Origin: Eledone cirrhosa
Lineage: Eukaryota
NCBI GenBank assembly: GCA_964016885.1
Contig: OZ024740.1
Coordinates: forward strand, 136,648,001 to 136,712,000
Direction: 5' to 3'
Length of the DNA: 64,000 nucleotides
Shown here: positions 12,688 to 24,830 of the stretch, piece after piece
Layout of the letters: each line of letters begins with the position of its first letter
How positions within the stretch are numbered: position 1 is the first letter of the stretch
Program-made: the position numbers and the translations under genes
The notes under the pieces: generated by a model
What the model was told of the DNA's origin: nothing
What the model saw: only the letters and a program-made list of their open reading frames with translations
Database searches by the model: none

Positions 12688-15058
12688 CTGAAATAATACA
12701 AACATTTTTTTAAAAAATAAAATCAAGAATATTACATAAAACTTTTAAACCTTTCATTATCATATTTCTAATGAAAAACACCAAGATTTTCAAATAACTT
12801 GGAAAATAATCAAGAATTTCAAGGGATTTAGTAATGAAACTAATTGCTGTCATTAAGCTGTTTGGAACTTAACCCTTTACATCACTGTGAAATGTCATGT
12901 ATATCTATTTACATTATTTTGAGTTACACATACTTGTAATTTTATTAATTTTCTATGTGCAGACTTGAAATTTTGTTAGATGTTTAAATACCAATGATTT
13001 ACAATTATCTATTTTTACTTGATTTTGTTTTTGTTAAATTTGACTTTTATGGGCAGGTGAAATTAATTAACGAGTATATGGATAAACACAAATATTTTTA
13101 CCCGTTAGGTTTATTACAAAAATTATCCAACAATTTTACCACTTTTCATGAACAGGTGAATTAATTAAAATGCAGGGACAATAAATACAAGGTTTTAATC
13201 TTTCTCTACATTCCATACAAATATTTTCATTGAAAAAAAAAAGTATATAACCCTTTTGCCAGTCAACATTCTATTGGCAATGTACTCCATAATGAACTGA
13301 GTAGATTTACATAACAGAATATGCCCAATTTATAAGTTCATTAACAAGTGACACAGCTGAATGCAGGTGTGAATACAGAAAATCAATATATATTTCTGGT
13401 GTTCATATATAATGTGATTCGTGGTAAAGGCTTTATCTTGCAGTAATCTTGAATTGACGACAAGATTTTAATGACATTGTTTATTTTTAGAACAATATCT
13501 TAGTGTGGGTGTCAGCAGCTGGACTTGGCGAGTTTGAACAAATAATTTTGGCTGATTTGAATGCCAAAGGGTTAAAAGGTTCTTACATTATGATGGAAGA
13601 CTTTTAGATAAATATAAACACTTAAAAAGAAAGAATTTTGTATCAGAACTAGGACTGGTTTCAGATGGTTTGGTATAAAAAAGGGTTAATGACCGTTTTT
13701 ACTTTACAATCAATCTAATATCTAATTTTAAAATTCAGATTATTTATTCTGAAGCCTGATCGAGACAAGATTTTGATTTGATAACCACTCACAGGCACAA
13801 GTACTGCAAGCCTTATTGCACACTGAAGCATCATCTAGTAGATCAACTGGCTACTAGCCTTAACTTATTGTCTTCTATTCACTTTTCATCTCTTTTCTTA
13901 GAGGTCAGTCCACAAAATACTGTTTACAATGCTGTGGATTTACCAGTTGGAGTTGGCCAAACTCATAAATGAGTGTTGACAAGAATAAGTATAACAAGAT
14001 CACCAGTTTCATTAAATCTTATATCACACCTAGCTAGATCATCATCAACTTGTGAATTATATATCTTTTGTAAAACTCCTTTAATGCTATGAAGTGCTGT
14101 AACTTCATTTTTGTGATTTAAAAGAAAGGCTTGGGTATATTTGGTCTCTTAATCTTCTCCCCACCATATTTCCAATCAAATACACTATGTGTTTCAATTC
14201 AATTAATTTTGGAAATAGAAAATTTAAAGAAATTTAGAAAAATAATTTCTTTTGTAATAAAGTTAGTTTTTGGAACACAACTTAAAAGAATTTCTTAATT
14301 TAAAATTTTCCAACATAATTTTATATAAGTATGAACACTTTAAAATGGACAATTTTGTATCATAATACCAGGAGTAGTTTCAAGCGGGTTAGTATCAAGA
14401 GTTAAAGTATATCCAAATGTAAAATGCTATCAACATTTAATGCTTCAACTTCAAACAATATCTATCTCTCAGTACAAGTTTGAGTCATGTATCCACCAAT
14501 TGATTTTTTTTTACATTTTAGTCAGAGAGAGAGTGAGAAAGATATCCTCAAAATAAACACTTGGCCCAATTACTTGTAACAGTGAATTCCACTAAACGCC
14601 TTATTGAATTCCGACAAGTTTTCCCTCAAATTACATAGATGCTCAGATCTGAATCCAACATTCAAGTCTCAATTTCCTACTAAAAGTAGTCAACTTCAAC
14701 TGCCAGTGGTGATTACCATATCTTGGACATGAACAATTAGTGTTCATCCAGCAAGTTTCCACACAGACTGTCTACTCAGTTTCACTTACATAGCTTGAGT
14801 AGAACTCAGAACTTTATGTGTGATAGCAAAGCAAACTTAAACACGACTAACTACAACAGAACAATTTAGAAATGGACATGAGCATGGCTAAAGTTTGTTT
14901 TTAAATCATGAGGGCACACTGTGTTTGTGGAATATTAAGCCGTTTATGTTAATTTAATGAGTCAGAAAAATTGGTTGAATAACTTAATGGTCATTGCTGA
15001 ACTTGACAAAGGATCGATCATTTAGAAAAAGCAGAATGAAGAAAAAATAGATGCGAAC

Positions 15059-15153
15059 CTGATTTCATTAACTCTGGGTAGTGGATGCATAACAACCATC
15101 TTCTTTTTAGCTTTAGTCATTAGTTCTGGAGTCAAAATTATCTGTCCACATGC
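15059..15153 (-). CDS. CAD: CAD exon, ATC: [31 protein letters not shown](S)
   Basis: tacag acceptor, AG|gttcgc donor, 95 nt, phase 0-2; [10 protein letters not shown] motif. Confidence 0.96.
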
Positions 15154-15476
15154 CTGTAAATGGAAAATAACAATACAGATTGAAACATGGAAAACTATTT
15201 TTTCTATATTTTTACTACTTAGTCCGTGTTTAGCCAGAGAGGGAAAGGCACCGCCCATGATCCTTTTCACAGCCTCTGGGATTGATAAGAGTGAGGGAGG
15301 AGGGTATCCTTAAACCAGAAACCTGACTGGAATGATGATGGATTGGTAGAATTGTTTATTTTATTGACCCTCAAAGAATGAAAAGCAGTTAACCATAGTA
15401 GGATTTGAAATCCTTGAACACAGAGAGCCAGAACTAATAACCATAAAATATTTTGTCTTATGCTCTAATGACTGCC

Positions 15477-15662
15477 AATGGTTGGGAAGTAGGGACATGT
15501 CAGTAAGTTAGGGAATACATGTCTGTGTGTAAAGCAATACCATTCCAGGCTTAGGAGCAAACATACATTGGTACGTTTGTTCCTAAGCCTGGAATGGTAT
15601 TGCTATACACACACAAACATGTATTCCCTAACTTACTGACATGTCCCCACTTCCCAACCATT
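15477..15662. repeat. Near-perfect palindrome, about 90-bp arms, 4-nt loop (MITE-like)
   Basis: aatggttgggaagt...cattccaggcttagga.caaac.tac attg gta.gtttgttcctaagcctggaatg...acttcccaaccatt; few mismatches and one 2-nt indel. Confidence 0.92.
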
Positions 15663-15675
15663 ATTACATTTCTAG

Positions 15676-15865
15676 GGCGGAAGATTGGCAGTATCGGTAG
15701 AGGGTCGGACGCCATGCTTTCCAGCATAGTTACGTCCCTTTACGATCTGAGTTCAAATCCCGCCGAGGTTGACTTTGCCTTTCATCCTTACGGGGTCGAT
15801 AAAATAAAGTACCAGTAATGCACTGGGTAATTGCTGGCCTTGTGCCTAAAGTAGAAACAATTATT
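15676..15865 (+). mobile_element. SINE family 1 copy
   Basis: Near-identical to 4965-5160. Confidence 0.8.
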
Positions 15866-16172
15866 ACATTTCTTACTTCTCTGAACAACCAAGTCCCATC
15901 CAATCCACTCACCTTTCTTCTACCTTGCCCTGACCTCTCATTCAAACTTAATTTTTAAAATCTTCAAGTACAACAAAGGTAGTTTGGCCTACTAGAAAAA
16001 CCACCCAAACTTCCTTCAAACTGCACCCTCTTCCCCCTCAAAATACATTGAATAATGTAGTCTTACATACACTGTGCTTGAATATCAGACAGAATGGTCA
16101 GAACTGGAATAGCTTTGATCATATTCTTGCTAAATCAAAGCATAAAATTTATAAGAAAGAAAAGTGATGTAC

Positions 16173-16274
16173 CTTTTCATAATCTGCCAAGCTGTTGAAT
16201 CGTTCTTTCTGTATTCGAGTAATGTAGAGAACATCTGTATCGGCAATTATATCAGTTAATGAATTGTAGGACGT
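16173..16274 (-). CDS. CAD: CAD exon, ATC: [34 protein letters not shown]
   Basis: ttcag acceptor, AAG|gtacat donor, 102 nt; [13 protein letters not shown] motif. Confidence 0.97.
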
Positions 16275-16874
16275 CTGAAATCAGAAAATGCATGCAAATT
16301 ACATCAAATACATAAAGAAAATAAAAAAGTGGCATAGCTGTATGGTTCACTTCTCAAACATGTGGTTTTAGGTTTGATCCCACTACATGACAATTTGGAG
16401 AAGTGCCTTCTACTACAGCTTCAGGTTAACCAATTTATGAGTGCAATTTAGTAGATAGAAAATGTGTGGACACCTGCCATGTCTTTGCTTCCAATTAATT
16501 GGGTAGGCGGTGATGTTTGCTTTGTTCTACAGTTCAATGGTTTGACAGATGAAAATCAATAATACATAAAAAAATGGCGACATATATCAGCAGGAAAGCG
16601 TTCCTTGTTGTGTAGTTAGTTACTATGGTGATATCTATCTGTCTTTCACACACAGTCCCTCTCAACATTCTGTATGGAAAAATAGTTTTGGTTTATGAAC
16701 ATTTTGGGTAACAAATTAAGTTCCAATGTAAATTATGTTTTGTATCTTAGGTCACATTATTGTGATGGTTTTTATAGACAAAATAACTTCTTTCTATTGT
16801 TAATTTGAAGCAAACAGTTATGTACCCTGCTAAAAACAAGTCAAGCCCTACTGTCTTATAACGTTTATCATATT

Positions 16875-17155
16875 GATAATATGCCCCCACACCCCAAGGT
16901 GGTCGTGGAGGTGCCACGGCAAAAAAGCACCCAGCCCACACTGTAAAGTGGACGTGTAGGCGCCACGAAAAAGCACACAGCACTCACTGTAAATGAGGTT
17001 GGTGTTAGGAAGGGCATCCAGCTGTAGAAATCAAGCCAAATCAGTTCCTGTATGAGCAAGGCATGGTCAGCCGACCAGACACTGCCCACAACAGGACAAC
17101 CCATCTAACCCATGCTAGCGTGGAAGAACGGACGTAAAACGGTGATGATGATGAT
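16875..17155 (+). mobile_element. RTE LINE 3' UTR/tail, type A, ending in (GAT)n
   Basis: Almost identical to 61565-61847, the 3' UTR of the ORF-bearing copy. Confidence 0.88.
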
Positions 17156-18027
17156 TATCCATGATGATGGATCCTCTGTCTATTTCAAATATGAACACTT
17201 AGCCATTTTATTAACTGAACATCCAGTTTGTTAAATTAACATGTAAGTAGTTGAGTATTTCACAGACACATGTACCCTTAACAATCATCAAGAATAATCA
17301 GGTTCAATCGAACAAGATTCCACAGAGTTTCCATCTATCCAATTTTACTCACATGGTTTGGGTCAACCCAAAGTTATGGGGAAGACACGTGCCCAATATG
17401 CCATTAAATGAGACTTGTGACTTCATGATTGTAAAGTGAAAATCTTAACCACTCAGTCATGCTTGCATCTCCATTTACCATATTTGCACTGAGGTGGTGG
17501 TGATATTTTGATAGGAGTAAAAATGTTAATAGCTAGATGTTGCTTCACATGCTAGACATAACAATGAGACAGGGGATGGAGCATGTTTATAGTGCTAGAT
17601 TATCTATTTATTCTAAAATATAATTTATACAAATTGGCAGTCATTAATGCACAGGACAAAATGATTCTTGTTTTGACGCTCAGTTCAACTTTGCCTTTCA
17701 GTGTTGGACTGGTGGAATTATTAGTAGTATTTGTTCCCACTCTTTATGGTCTGAGTTCAACCATTCAAACCATGTTTCCAATTTGAGGGCATGTTCCTAA
17801 CTCCTCCCGCTACAAGTACTGGAGACCCTGAAAAGTGTCATTGACAAACTCTCTCTATTCACTAACTGTATGTATGAATGGTCCCATAACTCCGGCTAGA
17901 GTCGGGCGCTGTATTGACAGAGCATTTCTTGGGCATTTTAAGCCTGAGCACAGCAGACCTCTTCAGAGAAAGTTAGAAAGTAAGAGAGAGATATAGAGGA
18001 AGAATCCATCCCAGTACTAGACTGATA

Positions 18028-18073
<46 letters not shown>

Positions 18074-18812
18074 ACCGTGTAAGGCAAAGTTGACCTCGGC
18101 GGAATTTGAACTCAGAGAGCTGGATTGAATACCATAAAGCATTCTAACGACTCTGCCAATTCACCGCCTATTCTCTAACTAAACAGTGGAGGGGAAAAAA
18201 AATAAAATAAATAAATAAATTTTTTAAATGCATTAATGGACCAAGAATACCAGCACAACAAACAGGAGTCAATAAAGTTATGTATTTCAATTAGGCATTA
18301 CACAACACACTGGCTGTAATAATGGTTTCTAATTTAGACACAGGCCAGCAATTTTGAAAGCAAGTCAATATTGGTCCCATACTTGGCAGGATTTGAAACC
18401 AGAGCACAGAGTACTGAAACAAATGCCATATAACATTCTGACGCTTTAACGATTTTGCCAGTTCACTGCCCTACATAGTGGCTGTAATAATAATAGTAAA
18501 GTAAGAACCCATAACCTTGTTTAATAAATAGCACAATCAGGAAGATGGAAAGCACCAATAACCTAGACAGTAGAGTGTACTCTACTAAAGGCACACAAGT
18601 GTCAGGCAGCATTGTGAAACCAAGTTAACAGGTTAAGGCTATCACTCACATATGTAGTAACAGAGAAAGAAAGCACTTAAAATATTGGTAGTAGACACTT
18701 TCTCAAGGCAACATGCTGTGGGATTGAACCTGAAATCATATAGTTATTAAGCAAATTTAATAACCAGTCACATTACACCCAGTTGCTCAGCACCTTAACT
18801 TCGGTTATTGTT

Positions 18813-19038
18813 TTAACTCTTTCGATACCAAACCATATGAAACTGCCCCTGGTTTTATTTTACATAATTTTTGTTTCAAAGTGTTTTTATTTATCTAAAA
18901 ACCTGCTACCATAATTTAAGATACCCTCTAAACATCAGCTTAATAATGAAAAAAATAGTTATATTACTAAATACCACTAAAGTCTTTAAAAACTATAGGC
19001 AGTGTCTTTCATTAAAAATATAGTAACAAAAGGGTTAA
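18813..19038 (+). mobile_element. piggyBac-type MITE, second family
   Basis: TTAA-CTCTTTCGATAC ... GTAACAAAAGGG-TTAA; relatives at 50631-50852, about 54780-55045, 6787 and 43203. Confidence 0.7.
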
Positions 19039-19179
19039 AATATATACGTGGAACGGACACCAATGAACTGCCTAATCCATGAGCAAATAAATACCAAAAC
19101 ATTCAATACAATTCAGAAAAGAGTAAACTATGAAAGGAAAAATTCCCCACTCCCACCCAAAGCTTAAAAAAAGGCTTAC

Positions 19180-19335
19180 TTGTTTGATTCCCTTGGATCT
19201 TACATATTCCCGCACATCGGCTGGCATCTCCAGAGTTGGTGGGGAAATATAGCAGAGATTGACACGATAGAGGGTCAAGATTCGCGCTAAGGAGTGGACT
19301 GTGCGGCCATTTAACAAATCACCAACCATGGTAAT
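19180..19335 (-). CDS. CAD: CAD exon, ATC: [16 protein letters not shown]...VRSKGIKQ
   Basis: ttcag acceptor, CAA|gtaagc donor, 156 nt, phase 0-0. Confidence 0.97.
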
Positions 19336-19744
19336 CTGAAATATATATATATATATATACCTGTAGAAGGATTGCTCAAACATGTAAATGTGTGCATATA
19401 TGTATACAAGAGCCTCTGTATGTATCTGCCTCATCCTGTCACATCATAATGTAAGCATTTTCCAGCCAAGATTGTACAAATATCAGTCTGTGTAAAGCTT
19501 AGAGTCACAACAGGCCTAAGTTTAGTTCTTGATATACTAAGCTTGAAATATAAAAAAAAAAAAAGCAGGATAAACATGGCTGGATCATCAGTTTGAGCAA
19601 TTTGTACAATCATTAGGCTGTAAAGTATATTTGAAGCTCTGACATCCATGTGTTGTATAATCTCACATATCTCTTAATATATAATATAATATAATATAAT
19701 AATTAAATTATTGTGTACAGTGCTCATCATATATATATATATAA

Positions 19745-20217
19745 ATAAATAATAATAAATTTGAAGACTTAAATCCAAAGAGCGCTCGATAAAGATAAAT
19801 ATATATATATGTCTTTAGGGCGGGTAAAATCCTGAGATCCATGGACGAGTTCTCTCTAGCGGTCTTTTTCCTTCATCATCGATGCCATGTCCTGTGTCAC
19901 CCAGAGACCACTCCCAGAACCTCAGTCTCCTCTGTGTTACCTTTGACATTGAGTTGACACCGCACTCAATGGCCCTGTGGGGGCCCCTACATGGAAACAC
20001 TAGAAAAGGGAGACCGAGGATTACATATATTGATGCCCTAAGGACAGGCAGTGGTCTCTGTGTGACACAGGACATGGCATCGATGATGAAGGAAAAAGAC
20101 CGCTAGAGAGAACTCGTCCATGGATCTCAGGATTTTACCCGCCCTAAAGACATATATATATATTTATCTTTATCGAGCGCTCTTTGGATTTAAGTCTTCA
20201 AATTTATTATTATTTAT
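19745..20217. repeat. Long inverted repeat made of two head-to-head LINE 3' fragments
   Basis: 19745-19900 is the exact reverse complement of 20062-20217, extending to 19912/20050 with one mismatch; encodes LW.P.HG..RKGRPRITYIDAL LINE C-terminal motif. Confidence 0.95.
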
Positions 20218-20238
20218 ATATATATATATATATATATA

Positions 20239-20846
20239 CACTCGAGAGAAGGCTACGTTGGTATGGACACGTGATGCGCATGAAAGGCGATAGCTGTATA
20301 ACAAAGTGCAGGGCAATAAAGATAGACGGTAGTCACGGAATAGGCAGACCTAGAAAAACCTGGGACGAGCTGATAAACTCCGACATCACACACTTACACC
20401 TCTCCAAGACAATGTCACTGGACCGAGACCTTTGGCGGTACTCAGTAACAGAGAAGACCCGCCTTACCTAAATATATAGTAAAACCTACTCCAGCCAGTA
20501 GGCATCTCTAACAAAATACACCCCGTCCCACCCCCACCACCCCCACCCCATCCACACCACCCCCTTCTATGTAAAGTTATGTTGGTGCCGCGCCATCGAG
20601 GCCGAAACAAATGAGATCGTGTAGGTGTCACGACAAAAAAACACAGTCCACGCTGTAATGTGGCCGTGTAGGCAACACGGTAAAAACCTCCCAGACCCAC
20701 ACTGTAAATGTGGTTGGTGTTAGGAAGGGCATCCAACTGTAGAAAACCTGCCAGACAGTCCTATGCGAGCAAGACAATCACTCTTGCCTCAAGTGGGACT
20801 ACCCCCGTCCAAACCCATGCAAGCGTGGAACACGGACGTTAAACGT

Positions 20847-20880
<34 letters not shown>
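20239..20880 (+). mobile_element. 5'-truncated RTE LINE, tail type B
   Basis: [31 protein letters not shown], modular 3' UTR and (GAT)n; near-identical inverted copy at 57796-58438. Confidence 0.9.
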
Positions 20881-20881
20881 A

Positions 20882-21124
20882 AAGGAAACAACAACACATC
20901 ACCCGATGTCTTTCCTTGAGCAAGACACTTTATTTCACATTGCTCCAGTTTACTCAGCTGTTGAAATGAGATGATAGGAACTGGGGTCCATATCATTCCA
21001 CTGCAAAAAAGCACCCAGCACTCACTGTAAATGAGTTTGGTGTTAGGAAGGGCATCCAGCGAGAATCAGTTCCCATCCCACCCTTGCAAGCAGGGAAAAG
21101 CGGACGTAAAATGATGATGATGAT
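20882..21124 (+). mobile_element. SINE family 2 copy with truncated, inverted 5' end
   Basis: Matches 57355-57615 with small deletions; first about 24 nt are the reverse complement of the SINE's own 57341-57361 segment. Confidence 0.8.
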
Positions 21125-21229
21125 ACATATATATATTATCAGTTCCCGTATGAGCAAGGTATGGTCAGCCGACTGGCTACTACCCACAACAGGACAACCC
21201 GTCTAACCCATGCTAGCGTGGAAGAACGG

Positions 21230-21263
<34 letters not shown>

Positions 21264-21397
21264 ATATTATACACACACACATATATATTTAGACACATTT
21301 TGTTAGTGAACACAATATGTTTATGTGTGCGATGAAAAATTTTAATTATAAAAAGTGTTTGCTGATGTGAAAAGTCTGATATAACATATATACTTAC

Positions 21398-21736
21398 AGT
21401 AAGGCCATTGACAGTACCTATTTCTTCTCGGATGGTGAAAACATCGAGCAGAGCCTGTGTAGGATGTTCTCCTGTTCCATCACCTGCATTGATCACAGGT
21501 TTGCGACATTGCTGTGCCGCTTTCATAACTGCACCAGGTTTGGGGTGTCGCAACACAATTACGTCGGCATAACCAGACATGGTCTGCACTGTGTCTTCTA
21601 AAGTCTCGCCCTTTTGTACCGATGAGGTAGCTTCATTGAATGTGATCACTGAACCACCAAGTCTCTGCATGGCAGCACCAAAGGAACAGCTGGTCCGAGT
21701 GCTGACTTCGTAGAACATGGAAGCCATCACTTTACC
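21398..21736 (-). CDS. CAD: CAD exon, ATC carbamoyl-phosphate domain: [15 protein letters not shown]...[25 protein letters not shown]
   Basis: tag acceptor, ACT|gtaagt donor, 339 nt; STRT, QKGE, LRH and HPTQ catalytic motifs. Confidence 0.98.
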
Positions 21737-21962
21737 CTAGGAGTTCAAAGGAATCAATTAACAGGCAATAAGATATAAACACACAGGAAAATGAGAGAGA
21801 GAGAGAGAGAGAAAGCGAGAGAGAGAGTGAACAACAGAAGAGATCTTTATTGTTTCAAGAATACTGCTATAAAGTTTAATACTTAATAATATAAAACCTT
21901 GAGTCGTCTGTGTCTACGTTTTTATTAAGAAAATACAAAATGGACACCCACAGAACCATATA

Positions 21963-23249
21963 GGAGGGGGGATCAAAAAGTTCGCGGAATTTTATCGTAG
22001 TAAGAAAAAAATAGGTTAAAACAATATTAAACATGTCAGAACATTGTCACTGGGTGTTTACCTTGCTATTAGTCACTTGCAGTCAGTCATGCGCGGACTA
22101 TTGTACAGTACTGACACTCTTTAAAAAAAACTCTTTTTGGAACAATGGAAAATAGTTATTTTGAGATAAGATCGAATATCAAGTTTCTGGTGAAACTCAA
22201 ATGGAAAGGGACACAGATTATGGAGGCTTTAGTTAAAGTTTACGGTACTACTGCTCCAAAGAAAACTGCTGTCTACAAGTGGATTCATCGATTCAAACAA
22301 GGGAGAGACGACCTTGAAGACAACCATCGCAGTGGAAGACTAGGAACATCAAAAAATGACCAAACGTTGAGGCTGCTCAGACTTTAATTGAAGAAGATCG
22401 AAGAATAACAGTTAATCAGTTAGCCAAGTCCCTAGACATTTCATATGGTTCGGCAAATTCAATTCTGCACGATAATTTGGGACTAAGCAAGCTTTCAGTG
22501 CGATGGGTCCCAAAAGCGTTGCGCCCTGATCAGCTGATTCTTCGAAGTGATCTGTCTTTGGCGATAAACAAAATTGAAGTTGATGAAGAGCATTTCCTGA
22601 CCAGAATCATCACCAGAGATGAAACCTGGATCTACCAGTATGATCCTGAATCCAAACAGCAGTCAAAACAGTGGCTTCCATGTGGATCATCGGGGCCAAT
22701 CAAGTTCAAATCTCAAAAGTCGGATAAAAAAGTGATGGCCACCATTTTCTGGGATTCAGATGGGGTGATGCTAATAGATTATCTTGAAGGTCAAAGAACT
22801 GACAAGAGCTTACTATCCAAATGTTTTAAGGAAACTGAAAGAGGCATTAGTCAAGAAACGAAAAGGGAAACTTCATGGTGGGATCTTGTTTGACTATGAC
22901 AATGCACCAGCGCATTCTGCGCGGGTTGCAAAAGAAGTTGTTCGAGAATTTCGATGGGAAGTGCTTCCTCACCCGCCTTATAGTCCAGATTTAGCCCCAT
23001 CAGACTTTTTCCTCTTTCCAAAACTCAAAGAAATGCTAAAAGGAACCCGTTTTAGTGGTGTTGAAGAAGTTAAAAACACTGCCAACACATGGCTTCGAAC
23101 AAGGCCTTCAACTTTCTTTAGAGACGGCTGACGGTGTTGGAAGCATCGCTTTGTGAAGTGTATTGACCTGGATGGCAACTATGTAGAAAAATAAATTGAA
23201 GGTAAATCATATTTTTTGAAAAATTCCGCGAACTTTTTGACCCCCCTCG
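21963..23249 (+). mobile_element. Full-length mariner (DD34D; TIR resembles the irritans/Hsmar2 group) with defective transposase 22145-23194
   Basis: About 30-bp TIRs (GAGGGGG.TCAAAAAGTTCGCGGAATTT) with TA on both sides; WVPKAL, DETW, DNAPAH, YSPDLAPSD motifs; two frameshifts and one premature stop. Confidence 0.95.
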
Positions 23250-23509
23250 TATATTATTTGCCCTCAGACATGAACATTTTTAGATATATAAATCAGCAAT
23301 GTATTTGTATCCAATTTGTTTTTTCTATTTTACATTTTCATATTTCAATAGAAAAATCTAAATATTTTGTCTCAAAATTTCGCTTGAATTTTTTATGTTA
23401 TAATTCAAAGAGTAATACAAGAGTTGAGAAATCACATCATACTATCTCTGTGTGCGTGTGCCATTTAATGTATTTTCCCTGCTAAATTACATTAAATATT
23501 GCTATGGAT

Positions 23510-24150
23510 ATGAGATACGCATGAAGGATGACAGCTGTATAAAAAGTGCAGGGTGCCTTCCCATGTACATGGGATGAAGCAACATCTAGTGGTCTAGTAT
23601 GCACTTCTCCCACCCTTTCATACATGACGTCTTCACACTCCCCCCTTTATCAACTAAGTATCTCACCCTACATACATGCACCCCACACCCTTAACTCACC
23701 CATGTATACAAGCATAGAAAGATAAACATGCTCTCCCACAATGTTGTTGAAATGGCTAAAAGCATTCAGCTCACCCTGTAAGGTGGTCATGCTAGTGATA
23801 CAACAAAAACCTCTAGTCCACCATGTAAGATGCTCGTGTTGATGCCATGACAAAAGAGCACTTAGCCCTCACAACAAAAGACCCATGATTGTTTTGGAGT
23901 CACAACAAAAAGCTACCAGTCCAAACAGTAAAATGGTTGTGTTGGTGACACGACAAAAAGTGCCTAATCCACACTGTAAAGTAGTCATTTTGGTACCATG
24001 ATAAAAAGCACCCAGTCCACCCAGCCATAGAAACCAAACCAGAAAGTTCTGTATTAGTACGCCAAAGTAATCCGACCTGACTTGTCTCAATGCGACAACC
24101 TGTCTAACTGATGCTAGTGTGGAAAAATAGACATTAAATGATGAAGATAT
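23510..24150 (+). mobile_element. Old RTE 3' end with expanded array of about 45-bp UTR modules
   Basis: [12 protein letters not shown] remnant, then about 6 decayed ..aaaaagcac..agtcca.actgtaa.. units and tail remnant. Confidence 0.7.
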
Positions 24151-24319
24151 AAATACAGATGGACCAAGTAGTTGCTAGACCCGATTCATTTATGTATGAG
24201 CCAATGAGAGAAATAGCATCCAAATGGCTCTCAAATCGATGTGGTAGCTAGATGGGATCATAGGTCTGTTGTATTGAAGGTTACGTAGCACTTAACAACA
24301 GAAAAAAAGTTTTACCTAC

Positions 24320-24397
24320 CTTTAGTATATGATCAAGAGCTCGATCTCTCTGGACAGACATTCGGTAATTATGGGCCTGGTTAAACAGTTGATGTAA
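24320..24397 (-). CDS. CAD: CAD exon, ATC: LHQLFNQAHNYRMSVQRDRALDHILK
   Basis: ttcag acceptor, AAG|gtaggt donor, 78 nt, phase 0-0. Confidence 0.94.
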
Positions 24398-24459
24398 CTG
24401 AAACGACACAAAATACAAGCTTACATTCTTGAAGGTTTTATATAAAGAAGGAAAAGGTT

Positions 24460-24830
24460 ATCTGGTCATCTGGTTCCTCCAGCTTCACGGCAACGGACCA
24501 CTGCTCTTCCATCTTTTCCTGCCTCTGGTAAGGGTTTATACTTGAAACCAGTTTGTTCCAAACCTATACAGGTCATCTTTGGTTTACCCATTGATCTTTT
24601 CGCACCAGCTGGCAACCATGACAAGGAAGTTCTTGCTGATATATTGTCCCCCATTCGTCAGACATGCCCTGCCAACCACATTCTTCTGCTCTTGAGTGTG
24701 TGGCATTGTCTCTTCGAAGGCATCTTTGCTGCCGAGTATCAAACTGTTTTTCAGTTCTGGTGGATATATATCAGCAACGTCAGTTGTTGTTGAGATAACA
24801 ATTGACCAGAATAACCTCAATTTTGTTTGT
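24460..24830 (-). mobile_element. Degraded LINE ORF2 C-terminal fragment
   Basis: RLFWSIVIST..RRRMWLAGHV.RMGDN..SLSWLPAGAKRSMGKPK across frameshifts. Confidence 0.7.

Noticed and set aside
18031-18070. A40 run (and A30 at 36762) as retrocopy tails
   Set aside because: The first lies inside an inverted SINE; neither has an adjacent retrocopied gene or TSD.
23750-24030. CRISPR-like periodic 45-bp units
   Set aside because: Whole units are homologous, there are no unique spacers or cas genes, and they are LINE 3' UTR modules in a eukaryote.
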